This document shows positions 9,417 through 19,062 of a stretch of DNA of 64,000 nt, piece after piece (position 1 is the stretch's first letter; each line of letters begins with the position of its first letter). Where the stretch lies: the NCBI GenBank assembly GCA_963555985.3, contig OY820591.1, positions 2,496,001 through 2,560,000 on the forward strand, given 5' to 3'. The position numbers were made by a program, and so were the translations under genes. The notes beneath the pieces are model-generated. The model ran no database searches, was not told the origin of the DNA, and saw nothing but the letters and a program-made list of their open reading frames with translations. This DNA is from Dehalococcoidia bacterium. Lineage in GTDB: Bacteria > Chloroflexota > Dehalococcoidia > Bin125.

Positions 9417-10613
9417 ATGGGTTGGCCAATCGACCGTCCGACGGGGCTGACGCACCACGATCCGGCCCGCTCCTGCAAGGGCTACACGCTGATGTGCGGT
9501 CTGGGCGGACAGGATGCGGTGCTGCTCGATATGCAGGGACGGGTGGTTCAGCGCTGGCACGTGCCCGACCGCCGGCTGTTCAACGTCGAGTTGCTGCCGA
9601 GCGGGAACCTGCTGGCGCTGCTCTCGCCGCTCAATCCGCCGCCGCCGCGCACGATCGGCGAGACTACCCGCTTCAATCTCGATCCGGGCGAGCCGCCGGA
9701 CACGTTCAACTTCTTGGGCGGTCACGGCGACGGTCTGCACGAGCTCGACTGGGATGGGAACAGCGTCTGGGCAGTGGAGAATCCGGCGCTGCACCACGAC
9801 TTCGCGCGGATGGCCAACGGCCACACGATGACGCTGGAGTGGGTCGAGATTCCGGACGAGGTCTCGGAGCGGATCCCGGGCGGCGGACACTTGCCCAATC
9901 AGCCGATGCCGCCGCGCATGATCGGCGACGATTTCGTCGAACTCGACGAGCACGGGGCCGAGCTCAGCCGCATCCACCTCTGGGAGGCGCTTGAGCCCGA
10001 GTTGACCCCGATCTGTCCGCTCGAAAATCGCTGGGAGTGGACGCACACCAACAGCGTGGACGTGATGGAGGACGGCGGGATCATCTTCTCGGCGCGCAAT
10101 GTGAGCACGATCGGGATCGTTGATCCGCCCAGCGACGACCAACCGCCAACTCTGCGTTGGAGCTGCGGCCCGCCCGAACTGGCGCATCAGCATCACGCCT
10201 CGGCGCTGGCGAACGGGCGCATCCTGGTCTACGACAACGGTCAGCACCGCTTGCAAGACCTCTGCTACTCGCGGGTGCTGGAGATTGATCCGTCGGACGA
10301 CAGCGTGGCGCAGGTCTTTCAGGGGACGCCGCGAGAGCAGTTCTTCTCGGCGCACATCTCCGGGGTCTGCCGCTTGGAGAATGGCAACACGCTGGTCACG
10401 GAGGGCGCGGCGGGGCGGATCTTCGAGGTGGACGGGCAGGGGCAGGTGGTCTGGGAGTGGGTTAGTCCGTTTCAGGTGCAGCAGCGGGGTGATACGTGCA
10501 ACTGGGTCTTTCGGGCCTGGCGGTACGGGGCGGACTTTCCCGGTCTGGCGGGGCGGGAGTTGGATCACCGTGCGCAGGCGGGGTTCAATCGCTTGTATGG
10601 GTTGGGGGAGTGA
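9417..10613 (+). CDS. Aryl-sulfate sulfotransferase (ASST)-like beta-propeller protein
   Basis: HHDF, WTHTNSV, HQHHA, YDNG, SRVLEIDP, RLENGNTLVTEG..GRIFEV motifs. Confidence 0.85.
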   Translation: MGWPIDRPTGLTHHDPARSCKGYTLMCGLGGQDAVLLDMQGRVVQRWHVPDRRLFNVELLPSGNLLALLSPLNPPPPRTIGETTRFNLDPGEPPDTFNFLGGHGDGLHELDWDGNSVWAVENPALHHDFARMANGHTMTLEWVEIPDEVSERIPGGGHLPNQPMPPRMIGDDFVELDEHGAELSRIHLWEALEPELTPICPLENRWEWTHTNSVDVMEDGGIIFSARNVSTIGIVDPPSDDQPPTLRWSCGPPELAHQHHASALANGRILVYDNGQHRLQDLCYSRVLEIDPSDDSVAQVFQGTPREQFFSAHISGVCRLENGNTLVTEGAAGRIFEVDGQGQVVWEWVSPFQVQQRGDTCNWVFRAWRYGADFPGLAGRELDHRAQAGFNRLYGLGE

Positions 10614-10695
10614 TTGGATTGGGGATGAGCACATATCCAGTGCCGTCATTGTCCGCTCCGCCGCAGGTATGACGGAAGTGGAGACGCGGGTCTCA

Positions 10696-10738
10696 CCCCC
10701 TCTGCCCCTTCGGGGCATCTCCCCCTCAAGGGGGAGAT
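10696..10738. repeat. Family B REP-like double hairpin between convergent genes
   Basis: CCCCCTCTGCCCCTTCGGGGCATCTCCCCCTCAAGGGGGAGAT. Confidence 0.85.
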
Positions 10739-10766
10739 TAGTTCTCTGTATGGGTCATCCGAGGGA

Positions 10767-11357
10767 TCAGCCGGAGCGGGGGACTTTGAGGCGGCGGGTG
10801 GCGATCAGGAGGTCGTGGGTTTGGCCGTCGGCGTCGATTACGTAGTCCCAGAGGACGGCTTCGCGCTGGAAACCGAGGCGGCGGAAGACGGATTGGGCGG
10901 CGGCCTGGTCGAGCACCATGCGGGCGGTGAGGAGTTGCAGTTCGAGCAGTTGGGCGATGGCGTAGATCTCTTCGGCAAGGACTCGGCCGAGTCCGCGGCC
11001 GCGGGCGGTTGGGGAGAGCAGCAGGCGGATTTCGCCGAGGTGGCGGGTCCAGTCGGCGGAGGAGTAGTTGAGGTCGCCCTCGCCGAGCAGTTCGTCGCCG
11101 TCGAAGGCGAGCACGGTGTAGGTGCGCCCGTCGGCGATTTCGCGCATCCAGTCGGCGACGGAGGATTCTTTGGTGATGTCGCGGCGGAGGAAGAGGAGGT
11201 CGTCGGCGGGCAGTGAGCGGGCGAAGGCGAGGATCGTGTCTTCATCGCCCGGGCCCATCAGGCGGAGGCTAATCTTGTGTCCGTCGCGGAGGGAGGCGGC
11301 GCGGGGGTAGCGGACGGCGATGTGTTGCTGAGCTTCAGCGGGGGAGGTCTGGGCCAT
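10767..11357 (-). CDS. GNAT family N-acetyltransferase
   Basis: ARGRGLGRVL acetyl-CoA motif and AAQSVFRRLGF; ATG at 11357. Confidence 0.88.
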   Translation of the reverse strand: MAQTSPAEAQQHIAVRYPRAASLRDGHKISLRLMGPGDEDTILAFARSLPADDLLFLRRDITKESSVADWMREIADGRTYTVLAFDGDELLGEGDLNYSSADWTRHLGEIRLLLSPTARGRGLGRVLAEEIYAIAQLLELQLLTARMVLDQAAAQSVFRRLGFQREAVLWDYVIDADGQTHDLLIATRRLKVPRSG

Positions 11358-11481
11358 GTCGGGGTTGGAGCCTCTCGGATGGGCGTGATCGTTGTGCGAT
11401 GGGGACAGGATACCGATGCGCTCCGCAGGGGCTAGCAACTGGATAACCCTTGCCGGGGGGTCAGTGTTTGCATCTGGGCGG

Positions 11482-11582
11482 ACCCCCCTCTGTCACTACG
11501 TGACATCTCCCCCCGCAGTGCGGGGGGAGAGATAAAGGGAGCTTTCGGATCAGCTCTCTCCCTGCTTACGCAGGGAGAGAGC
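11482..11582. repeat. Family B REP-like hairpin cluster
   Basis: CCCCCCTCTGTCACTACGTGACATCTCCCCCCGCAGTGCGGGGGGAGA plus GCTCTCTCCCTGCTTACGCAGGGAGAGAGC. Confidence 0.85.
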
Positions 11583-11601
11583 GGGGTCGTGCGAGGGAGC
11601 G

Positions 11602-13620
11602 TTAGGTGCGGTTGCCGGGGTAGTCGGGGTGGCCGGTGTCGTACCAGAACTCTTTGCGCCAGTGCCAGCCTTCGCGCTCCCAGACCTGATGGGTAGCGCG
11701 ATAGGGCGCGTGCAGATAGGGCCAGTGGATCGAGGTGTCGATGCCATTGCCCATGACCGAGAAGCCGGCGAAGCTGTCGAGGCCGTAGCGGTCGTCCTCG
11801 CCCAGCAGGTTCCAGGAGACTTCCATCGCCATCTCGCGGCGCGCTTCGGCGTCAAGCGTGACTTTCATCTTCTTGACGATCTCCTCGGTCGGCGGGTGGT
11901 TGTAGTGCTCCCAGTTCTCCGAGCCGCCGTAGACGAGGCGCGCGTTCCACTGTCCGGTCGGGTCGCCCGTGCCAGCGCCGACCCAGATCGGCATGTGTCC
12001 GGGGAAGTTGCCGGTCGCCAACTGGGCGAAGATGGCGTCATAGGGCTCGAGCGCGATGTTGATTTTCACTCCCAGCGCTTCCTCGAACATGTTCTGGTAG
12101 AGCTCGGAGGAACCCTGGTAGAGGCCCTCGAAGATGTCGGCCACGACCAGATCGAACTCGTGCCCCTCCTCGATCCCGGCCGCGCGGATCAGCTCACGCG
12201 CAGTGGCGTTGTCCGCTTCCTTGTCCGGGCCGTAACCCGGCAGCGTGCGCATCGTCTCCTGATCGATCGACCAGCCGTGGTACCAGTTGATGTGCTGGAT
12301 CGTGGACGGTTTGCCGGCGCCGAGGTAGACGAAGTCGATGATCGCGTCGCGGTCCATGGCCAAGTGGAAGGCGTAGGGCACGCGCCGGTCGACCCAGGGG
12401 TTGTCCGGCATTTCCGGGTTGAAGTTGAAGCGCATCGCCAGCGGCAGGACGACGCCGCGCTCGAAGCGGATGTGCTCGGGGAAGTCCTCGGCGATGCCTT
12501 CGATGGCCAAGAGGTTGAGGCTGACTGCGTCGAGGTCGCCGTTGCGGTAGGCCGTCTCGACCGCCGTTTGGTCGCTGATGATGACCCAGGTGATGGAATC
12601 GAGGAAGGGCATCTGCTGACCTTCGAGCGACTTCCAGTAGTCGGGGTTGCGCTCCAGATGCAGGCGGCCTTCCGGCTCGAAGATCGTGGGGATGAACGGC
12701 CCGCAGCCGGAGACTAGATCGACGTTGGTCTGATCGTCCATCCAGTCCCCGTGCCAGAGTTCCATCGCCTCGATTGAGGTCATGAACGAATAGCCCATGT
12801 GCACGGTCTCGAGATAGGTGGCGTTGGGGCCGTCGGTCTTGCAGACCATCGTGGTGTCGTCGGGTACGTCTAGCGAGGCGGTCTCGGCGTACTGGGCCTG
12901 TCGAGCGAAGCGAGAATCGGGCACGCCATCGACATCGAGGGCTTCGATCTGGCGGACGATGTTCGCCTCGGCGTCGCGGGCGGTAAAGAGCCGTCCGCCC
13001 TCGGTCGGGTAGCGATCCCAGAACTTCGCGCCCTGGTCGAAGCGAAAGATATAGGTCTCTTCGTCCGGGATTTCCGGCAGCGAAGACAGGTCCGCTCCAT
13101 AGACCGGTCCGGCGTTGTCGTTGATCTCGACCAAGCGGCCCATGGAGTCGTTGTAGACCTGGAAGGGGTGGGCGAGGTTGGTGCGGTGGGGATCGAAGCC
13201 GTCCCAGTTTGGCGGCGTGTAGACCGAGTAGTTGCCGCCGTACTGTCGCTGGCCGGCATCGGCCGAGACCTGCTGCTGTTGCGCCTGTTGCTGCTGTTGG
13301 GCGGCCTGCTGCTGCGCTTGTTGCTCGGCGGCTTCTTCCTGAGCGGCCTGCTGCTGCGCCTGTTGTTCGGCTTGCTGCTGCTGAGCGGCTTGCTGCTGGG
13401 CTTGCTGTTGTTGGACTTGTTGCTGAGCAGCCTGTTGCTGGGCTTGCTGCTGTTGCTGCTGGACTTGGGCGACTGTTTGCTGAGCGTCGTCATCGTCGTC
13501 GCCGCAGCCGACCAGGGCAAGACCGGCGGCGCCGACGCCGGCGCGTCCGGAGGCGCGCAGGATGGCGCGCCTGCTCATGCGATTGCGCTTCATTCGCTGC
13601 CAGTAGTTTGGGCGTTCCAT
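11602..13620 (-). CDS. Family 5 (DppA/OppA-like) ABC substrate-binding protein; Tat lipoprotein with a Gln/Ala-rich linker
   Basis: SRRAILR twin-arginine motif, LVGC lipobox, ~80-aa Q/A tract, GCGPF, ERNPDYW, PFLDSI and LAMDRDAI motifs. Confidence 0.9.
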   Translation of the reverse strand: MERPNYWQRMKRNRMSRRAILRASGRAGVGAAGLALVGCGDDDDDAQQTVAQVQQQQQQAQQQAAQQQVQQQQAQQQAAQQQQAEQQAQQQAAQEEAAEQQAQQQAAQQQQQAQQQQVSADAGQRQYGGNYSVYTPPNWDGFDPHRTNLAHPFQVYNDSMGRLVEINDNAGPVYGADLSSLPEIPDEETYIFRFDQGAKFWDRYPTEGGRLFTARDAEANIVRQIEALDVDGVPDSRFARQAQYAETASLDVPDDTTMVCKTDGPNATYLETVHMGYSFMTSIEAMELWHGDWMDDQTNVDLVSGCGPFIPTIFEPEGRLHLERNPDYWKSLEGQQMPFLDSITWVIISDQTAVETAYRNGDLDAVSLNLLAIEGIAEDFPEHIRFERGVVLPLAMRFNFNPEMPDNPWVDRRVPYAFHLAMDRDAIIDFVYLGAGKPSTIQHINWYHGWSIDQETMRTLPGYGPDKEADNATARELIRAAGIEEGHEFDLVVADIFEGLYQGSSELYQNMFEEALGVKINIALEPYDAIFAQLATGNFPGHMPIWVGAGTGDPTGQWNARLVYGGSENWEHYNHPPTEEIVKKMKVTLDAEARREMAMEVSWNLLGEDDRYGLDSFAGFSVMGNGIDTSIHWPYLHAPYRATHQVWEREGWHWRKEFWYDTGHPDYPGNRT

Positions 13621-13775
13621 GGGTCTCGCTCCTTCGCTGTACGCGCGCGCAGCGCGTGCATTGTGCTTGTGTGCGGGAGTCTAACGGGATGCTCCTACGT
13701 CATGTAGACGCGGTAGCGGCCGGGTTGCGGGGCCGGATCGAGTTTGCTGTGCTTGGGCTGTTGAGCAGCGGTCGG

Positions 13776-13825
13776 ACCCCCCTCTGCCGCTTCGCGGCGT
13801 CTCCCCCCGCACTGCGGGGGGAGAG
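13776..13825. repeat. Family B REP-like double hairpin
   Basis: CCCCCCTCTGCCGCTTCGCGGCGTCTCCCCCCGCACTGCGGGGGGAGAG. Confidence 0.85.
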
Positions 13826-13880
13826 TGGGAGTGGGATTGGTCGGACCTTATCCGTCGCTGCACGAGGTCTCGGCGCGGTG

Positions 13881-14306
13881 TTAGGGGAGCGGCAACTCGA
13901 CTCCGACCTGTTGGCAGAGGCGGATGATGGTGTCGCGCAGATCGGCCTCGCGCCCGCCGACCTCCCAGGGCCACTCAATCCACCGTCCGGGGTACTCGCC
14001 GGTGCGTTTGTCGATCAGCGCATAGGTCTCGAGTCCGTGCTCCGCCCGCAGGCGGCGCGCGGTCGCGCCGGAGTCGACGATGTCGTCAATGGCGATGTCT
14101 GCGGCCTGCGGTTCGTCGACAACGTTCATGCGTCCCGAACCGGCGAGCATTGCCGCGACGAACAATCCCCCTCGGGGGACGGGGTAGGCCGCGATCCGGT
14201 TGTCGCCGTGGGACTCGCACACGCGGCGCTCAAGCTGTCGCGCCAACTCATAAGCCTCTGTCCACGTCACCTTGATGACGCGGTGGTCAGGGCTTGGAGG
14301 GGGCAA
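13881..14306 (-). CDS. Small type I phosphoribosyltransferase-like protein
   Basis: VPRGGL loop, IAIDDIVDSGATA PRPP-binding motif, WIEWPWE; TTG start 1 bp after the upstream LLM stop. Confidence 0.75.
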   Translation of the reverse strand: MPPPSPDHRVIKVTWTEAYELARQLERRVCESHGDNRIAAYPVPRGGLFVAAMLAGSGRMNVVDEPQAADIAIDDIVDSGATARRLRAEHGLETYALIDKRTGEYPGRWIEWPWEVGGREADLRDTIIRLCQQVGVELPLP

Positions 14307-14307
14307 C

Positions 14308-15462
14308 TCAGTCGCCTCCGCCGGCGGCGGCCAGCAGGCCCACTTCCTCCACCGCGCCGAAGTCGGGGAGGCGGGTGAGGGGTGCGCGCTCGGGCTCCTC
14401 GAAGGCGGGCATGACCTCGCGGGCGAAGAGCTTGAGCGAAGCGAGAATCTTCTCGTGCGGCACCACCTGGTCGAAGTTGATCAGGAAGACCATGCGGTCG
14501 ACGCCGATCTCCTCCCACTGGCGGAGGGCGGCGATCACGGTGTCGGGATTGCCGATTGGGGTGCCCTGCTGGAGCGGGTTGATCACGTCGCCGGGGCGGT
14601 CGCGGAGCTGGATCGCGCTGGCCTGGGAGCTGTAGGCGGGCGAGGGGTAGATGCTGCCGACGCCGACCAGGTGGGCGGCGGCGCTCATGAAGGCCATCGC
14701 GCCGGCCCCGCCGAGCGCCATTGCTTCCTCGTCGGTCTCGCCGGTGTACATCCAGCCGACGCCGTTGACCTGGTTGTTGACGAACTTGCCTACGGGGTCG
14801 GCGTTGCGGATCACGCGGCGGTAGTCGGCGATGCGCTGTTCGTACTGGGCGGGGGTGCCGATCGAGACGCCGAGCAGACCCATGCCGCGCTCGGCGGCCT
14901 GGATCGCGGTTTCGGGGCTGGAGACGGCGACCCACATGGGCGGGTGCGGCTTCTGCACGGGCTTGGGGATGATCGCGCGCTCGGGCATGGAGAAGTACTT
15001 GCCGTCCCAGCCGGCGATCTCGTTCGTCCACATGTGAGGAATGGCGCGGATCACCTCGTCCCACATGTCTTTGGTGTCGTCCGGTTCGACCTGGAAGCCG
15101 CCGAGTTCGGTCCAGGTGGCGGCGCGGCCGGTACCGAATTCGAGCCGTCCGTTGGAGATGATGTCGAGCGCGGCGGCGCGTTCGGCGACGCGGGCGGGGT
15201 GGTTGACCTGGGGCAGGCAGAGCGCGATGCCCTGGCCGATGTGGATGTTCTCGGTCATCGCGGCGGCGGCGGAGAGGAAGACTTCCGGGGCGGGTGAGTG
15301 GCTGTACTCCTCGAGGAAGTGGTGCTCGACTTCCCAGACCTGATCGAAGCCGAGTTCGTCGGCCAGACAGATCTGTTCGAGCGCCTGGTGGTAGACGCGC
15401 CACTCGGAGGTTTCGGTCCAGGGGCGCTGGACGGAGTGTTCGTAGAAGATGCCGAATTTCAT
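14308..15462 (-). CDS. LLM-class flavin-dependent oxidoreductase (LuxA-like)
   Basis: MKFGIFYE, ADELGFDQVWEVEHHF, HPARVAERAAALD, GRLEFGTGR and PKPVQKPHPP motifs. Confidence 0.92.
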   Translation of the reverse strand: MKFGIFYEHSVQRPWTETSEWRVYHQALEQICLADELGFDQVWEVEHHFLEEYSHSPAPEVFLSAAAAMTENIHIGQGIALCLPQVNHPARVAERAAALDIISNGRLEFGTGRAATWTELGGFQVEPDDTKDMWDEVIRAIPHMWTNEIAGWDGKYFSMPERAIIPKPVQKPHPPMWVAVSSPETAIQAAERGMGLLGVSIGTPAQYEQRIADYRRVIRNADPVGKFVNNQVNGVGWMYTGETDEEAMALGGAGAMAFMSAAAHLVGVGSIYPSPAYSSQASAIQLRDRPGDVINPLQQGTPIGNPDTVIAALRQWEEIGVDRMVFLINFDQVVPHEKILASLKLFAREVMPAFEEPERAPLTRLPDFGAVEEVGLLAAAGGGD

Positions 15463-15657
15463 ATCAGTCTCGCTGTTCCTTGGGCGGCTCCCGGCCTGCT
15501 TCTCGACACACGCAGCCGATTGCGCCCAGCGGTTCGTTGACGCGACCCCTAGCTTGCGATCGGGGCGTCGCAGAGATGCTAGCATTCTGCGCGCGCGCCG
15601 GTGAGGAACTCGACCGCCGCGCTCCGGCAGGATTCCAGCGGAGAGGCGCGAGAGGCT

Positions 15658-16518
15658 ATGTCGGTCGCCATCGTCTGTGATTCATCGGTCGATCTGCCCG
15701 CTGCGCTGCTCGCCGAACGGGGGTTGCGCACTGCGCCGGTCGGCTACAGCCTCGGCGCGGTCCACTACAAGCAGGGCGAGCAGACGAGCGCCGATTTCTA
15801 CGACGCAGTGGCCGGCGGCGCGCGCCTGACCTTGACCGGCGTCACCTCCGAAGACTGGGAGGCGGTGATCCAGGAGGCGGGCGGGGATGTCGATGAGGGC
15901 GTGATCTGTCTCTGCCAGGCGTTTGGCTCGTCGAGTCCGTCGTTTGACGCGGCCGAATACGCATCGCGGCGGTTGGAGCATTTTCAGCAACTCGACGTAC
16001 GCATCCACCAGACGCCGCGCTCAACAGCCGGTCAGGCAGCGATCGCGCTGGCGGTGGCGCGGGTCGCGCAGACCGGCGCAGACCGCGCCGCAGTCGACCA
16101 TGCGCTTGATGAAGTCAGTTTCAGCGCCGACATCTTCATGCTGGCGCCGGATGTGGACGGTCTGGATCGTGCAGGCGAACTCTCGGCGGTGCAGTCGGCG
16201 AGCGGGATTGGCTCGCTCGATTTCGGCGTGCCGGTGTTTCGGGCGCGGGATCGGATCAAGGCGGTGGAGTTGGCGGATGACGCTGAGCAGGCGGAAGACT
16301 CGCTGCTGGAACACGCGGCGCGGATCCTGGACGGGCAGCCGGCGATTCTGGTCGTGACGCACGCGCTCGCGCCCGAGGCGGCGGCGCGTTTGCAGGAGAA
16401 GGCAGCGGCGCAGCTCAACGTTGACGAGCTGCACGTGTCCGAACTGGGTCCCACTGTCGGCGGACTGCTTGGAGCCGGGGCGTGGGGTCTGGGGTTCTGC
16501 CAGGCGCCGCCGACGTAA
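15658..16518 (+). CDS. Divergent DegV-family protein
   Basis: IVCDSSVDLP N-terminus and ELGPTVGGLLGAGAWGL C-terminus match DegV; internal ligand motifs are degenerate. Confidence 0.72.
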   Translation: MSVAIVCDSSVDLPAALLAERGLRTAPVGYSLGAVHYKQGEQTSADFYDAVAGGARLTLTGVTSEDWEAVIQEAGGDVDEGVICLCQAFGSSSPSFDAAEYASRRLEHFQQLDVRIHQTPRSTAGQAAIALAVARVAQTGADRAAVDHALDEVSFSADIFMLAPDVDGLDRAGELSAVQSASGIGSLDFGVPVFRARDRIKAVELADDAEQAEDSLLEHAARILDGQPAILVVTHALAPEAAARLQEKAAAQLNVDELHVSELGPTVGGLLGAGAWGLGFCQAPPT

Positions 16519-16576
16519 GGCTCGCACGAATTGAGAGGACGGCCGGGCGTGATCGGCCCGGCGGGAAGGAAGCATC

Positions 16577-17290
16577 ATGCCTGAAGCCGGTTTGATCGAT
16601 AGCACCAGCCTGCCCGCCGTGAGCGCCGAATCGGACGCGGCCGCTCCGCCTTGGGAGATTGGCGAGGCGGTCGTGCAGCACATCACCTATGAGGTGCCGG
16701 TCGCCAATGCGCGGCGCAATTTGCCCGATGTGGTGACGCGCTCCGCGCCCACCTACGGACGGGTGAGCGTGATCGACCGAGCCGACAGTCCGGTGGGGCC
16801 GTACCGTGAGGCGTTGCTCTCGGTCGGTTGCCGGGTGGGGATGATTCCGGCGCTCTATGTCGTGGCGGCGGTGGTCAACACGGAAGCGGCGCGCGATGCG
16901 ATCGCCGCGCACTGGGGCTACTTGCCCACGGTCGGAGAGATCGGGTTCGAGCGCGGGGACGACGCGATCCGGTCGACGATCGATGCGGGCGACGGATTGA
17001 CGGTGAGCCTGCACTCGCCGATCGCGGAGGCGGCGGCGACCGCGATCGTGCGTTATGACCCGCTGCTGGTGGTGCAGCCGCAGGATGGTCGGGGAGCGGC
17101 CTCGGAGATTCCCTGCGAGCACGATGTGCGGCTGGCCTGGCTGGCGCGCGCGAGCGCTCTGAGCTACGAGGGCGGGTCGCGTTCGCATCCGTGGATTCAG
17201 TTGCGCCCGTCGAACGCGATCACGGCGGTGGCGGCGGTGGAGGGTCAGCGGATCGATCCGGCGGCGGCGATTGAGTTGCCGGGCGGGTAG
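16577..17290 (+). CDS. Acetoacetate decarboxylase-like (Adc fold) protein
   Basis: DSPVGPYREA motif and ..HWGY segment; length typical of the Adc superfamily. Confidence 0.65.
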   Translation: MPEAGLIDSTSLPAVSAESDAAAPPWEIGEAVVQHITYEVPVANARRNLPDVVTRSAPTYGRVSVIDRADSPVGPYREALLSVGCRVGMIPALYVVAAVVNTEAARDAIAAHWGYLPTVGEIGFERGDDAIRSTIDAGDGLTVSLHSPIAEAAATAIVRYDPLLVVQPQDGRGAASEIPCEHDVRLAWLARASALSYEGGSRSHPWIQLRPSNAITAVAAVEGQRIDPAAAIELPGG

Positions 17291-17317
17291 GGGCTGTTCG
17301 CATTTGCCGTCCTGCTC

Positions 17318-17414
17318 CGTCATTGCCGCGCTTTGCCGCGGCAATCTCGATGTGTTCCGCACCGACGTCTGTGCTCGACTCGGCGAGATACCCGCGGCAA
17401 GCGCGGGTATGACG
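17318..17414. repeat. Inverted pair of CGTC-type REP hairpins (family C doublet)
   Basis: CGTCATTGCCGCG..CGCGGCAATC ... GAGATACCCGCGGCAAGCGCGGGTATGACG; a homologous doublet lies at 59252-59347. Confidence 0.85.
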
Positions 17415-17523
17415 GTGTTTCTTGGGCGCGGATGTGTGGAAGCAGCGTGGCGGATAGAATTCGGGGCATCGCCCATGCTACGGGCGTCTGCAACGCGCCG
17501 ATGGGCCGTCTCTTGAGTTCTCC

Positions 17524-18942
17524 GTGATCACCCGCCTTCGCAACGCCTACTACGGCTGGTACCTGCTGATTGTCGCCGTGATTGGGATGGCGATTGCTTC
17601 GGGTGTCTCGTTCTGGGTGCTGGGCTACTACGTGACGCCGCTGGAGGAGGAGTTCGGCTGGTCGCGGACGCTGTTGCAGACGGGCATCTCGGTCTCATTC
17701 CTGATTAGCGGACTCGGCTCGCCGCTGGCGGGCAAGGTCGTGGATCGTTGGGGTCCCAGACGGTCGATCATCTGGGGGACGGTGTTTACCTGCGGCTCGT
17801 ACGTGTTGCTGGCGACCACATCTTCGATCTGGGAGTGGTACCTCTATTCGTCGATCAATGCGTTCTTCCGCGGGTTCATGTTCTACATCCCCTTCCAAGT
17901 GCTGATCTCGCGCTGGTTCGAGCGTAAGCGCGGTCGCGCGGTCGGGATCATGGCGATGGGCTTCTCGCTGGGCGTGGTCTTGGTACCGGTGATGCAGCGG
18001 CTGATCGACGATGTGGGCTGGGAGGCGTCGTTCATCTTCGCGGCCGTCATTCTGGCGGTGAGCTTCCTACCGATCGGCTTGTTCGTCGTGCGCGATCATC
18101 CGCGCGATATGGGGCTCGAAGTGGACGGCGAACCGGTACCGGCGAACGGCGCTGCGGGCGGCGCGAGGGTGTTCAGCGGGCTAACCGTGAGCGAGGCGAT
18201 CCGCACCTGGAACTTCTGGGTGATCGCGCTGGCGTTCATGATGTTCTTCTTCGGCATGTTCGGCTGGATGTTCAATGGGACGCCGGTCTTCGAGTCGTAT
18301 GGCATTGCTCGAGAGACGATCGCGCTGCTCATGCTGATCCAGGGTCTGGGCGGGATGATCTCGCGGCCGGCCTTCGGCCTGTTGGCCGAGCGGATCCCGT
18401 CGATTGAATTGGCATCGGTCGGGCTGGCCGCGATCATGGCGGCGGGCATGATCAACTTGCTGATCTTGCACGAGCCGATGCTCTACGTCTCGATCGGGAT
18501 TTTCATCTTCTGCTGGTTCATCGGCTCGGCCGGCGGGCCGGTCTTGGAGCCGCTGATCTTGCCCAAGGTGTTCGGGATGGCGCACTTCGGCGCGATCATG
18601 GGGACGATGTTCATGATTGAGACGATCGGGCAGTTCCTGGTGCCGACCGTTGCGGGGGCGATCTATGACATCACCGGCTCGTATAACTACTTGCTGGTGA
18701 CCTTCATCCTCTGTCTCGTGGCGGGGATGTTCTTCTTTGCGCTGGCGCACTACATTCCGAATCCGCGGATTCCGAGTCCGGTGGTGCGGCCTCGGGTGAT
18801 CATGTCTCGGCTGGTGCGTCAGTTGGTGGCGCGGCCGTTGCCTCAGCAGGCGGCGGGGAGCAATGGGGTGAGCGGGAATGGGGCGGGGCGGGTTGGGGGT
18901 GCGTCGGTGCCGCAGCGGAGCGGTTGGGGCGAGCGGGGCTGA
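17524..18942 (+). CDS. MFS transporter (OFA/MCT-like)
   Basis: GKVVDRWGPRR motif A, WFERKRGRAVG, ~12 TM segments. Confidence 0.92.
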   Translation: MITRLRNAYYGWYLLIVAVIGMAIASGVSFWVLGYYVTPLEEEFGWSRTLLQTGISVSFLISGLGSPLAGKVVDRWGPRRSIIWGTVFTCGSYVLLATTSSIWEWYLYSSINAFFRGFMFYIPFQVLISRWFERKRGRAVGIMAMGFSLGVVLVPVMQRLIDDVGWEASFIFAAVILAVSFLPIGLFVVRDHPRDMGLEVDGEPVPANGAAGGARVFSGLTVSEAIRTWNFWVIALAFMMFFFGMFGWMFNGTPVFESYGIARETIALLMLIQGLGGMISRPAFGLLAERIPSIELASVGLAAIMAAGMINLLILHEPMLYVSIGIFIFCWFIGSAGGPVLEPLILPKVFGMAHFGAIMGTMFMIETIGQFLVPTVAGAIYDITGSYNYLLVTFILCLVAGMFFFALAHYIPNPRIPSPVVRPRVIMSRLVRQLVARPLPQQAAGSNGVSGNGAGRVGGASVPQRSGWGERG

Positions 18943-18958
18943 CTTGGTTGGTGGGGGG

Positions 18959-19045
18959 ACCCCCCTCTGCCTTCGGCATCTCCCCCCGCAAGGGGGGGAG
19001 AGGGGAGGTAGGAAGCTGCATCTCCCCCTTGCGGGGGGGGGAGAC
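18959..19045. repeat. Family B REP-like hairpins between convergent MFS and sufT (possible terminator role)
   Basis: CCCCCTCTGCCTTCGGCATCTCCCCCCGCAAGGGGGGGAGAGG and TCTCCCCCTTGCGGGGGGGGGAGA. Confidence 0.8.
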
Positions 19046-19062
19046 GGGGAGGTGGGAAGGGG

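Noticed and set aside
13270-13480. CAG/CAA-rich tract as a separate repeat element or contingency locus
   Set aside because: It encodes the in-frame Gln/Ala linker of the Tat lipoprotein; mixed codons and similar linkers in other SBPs.
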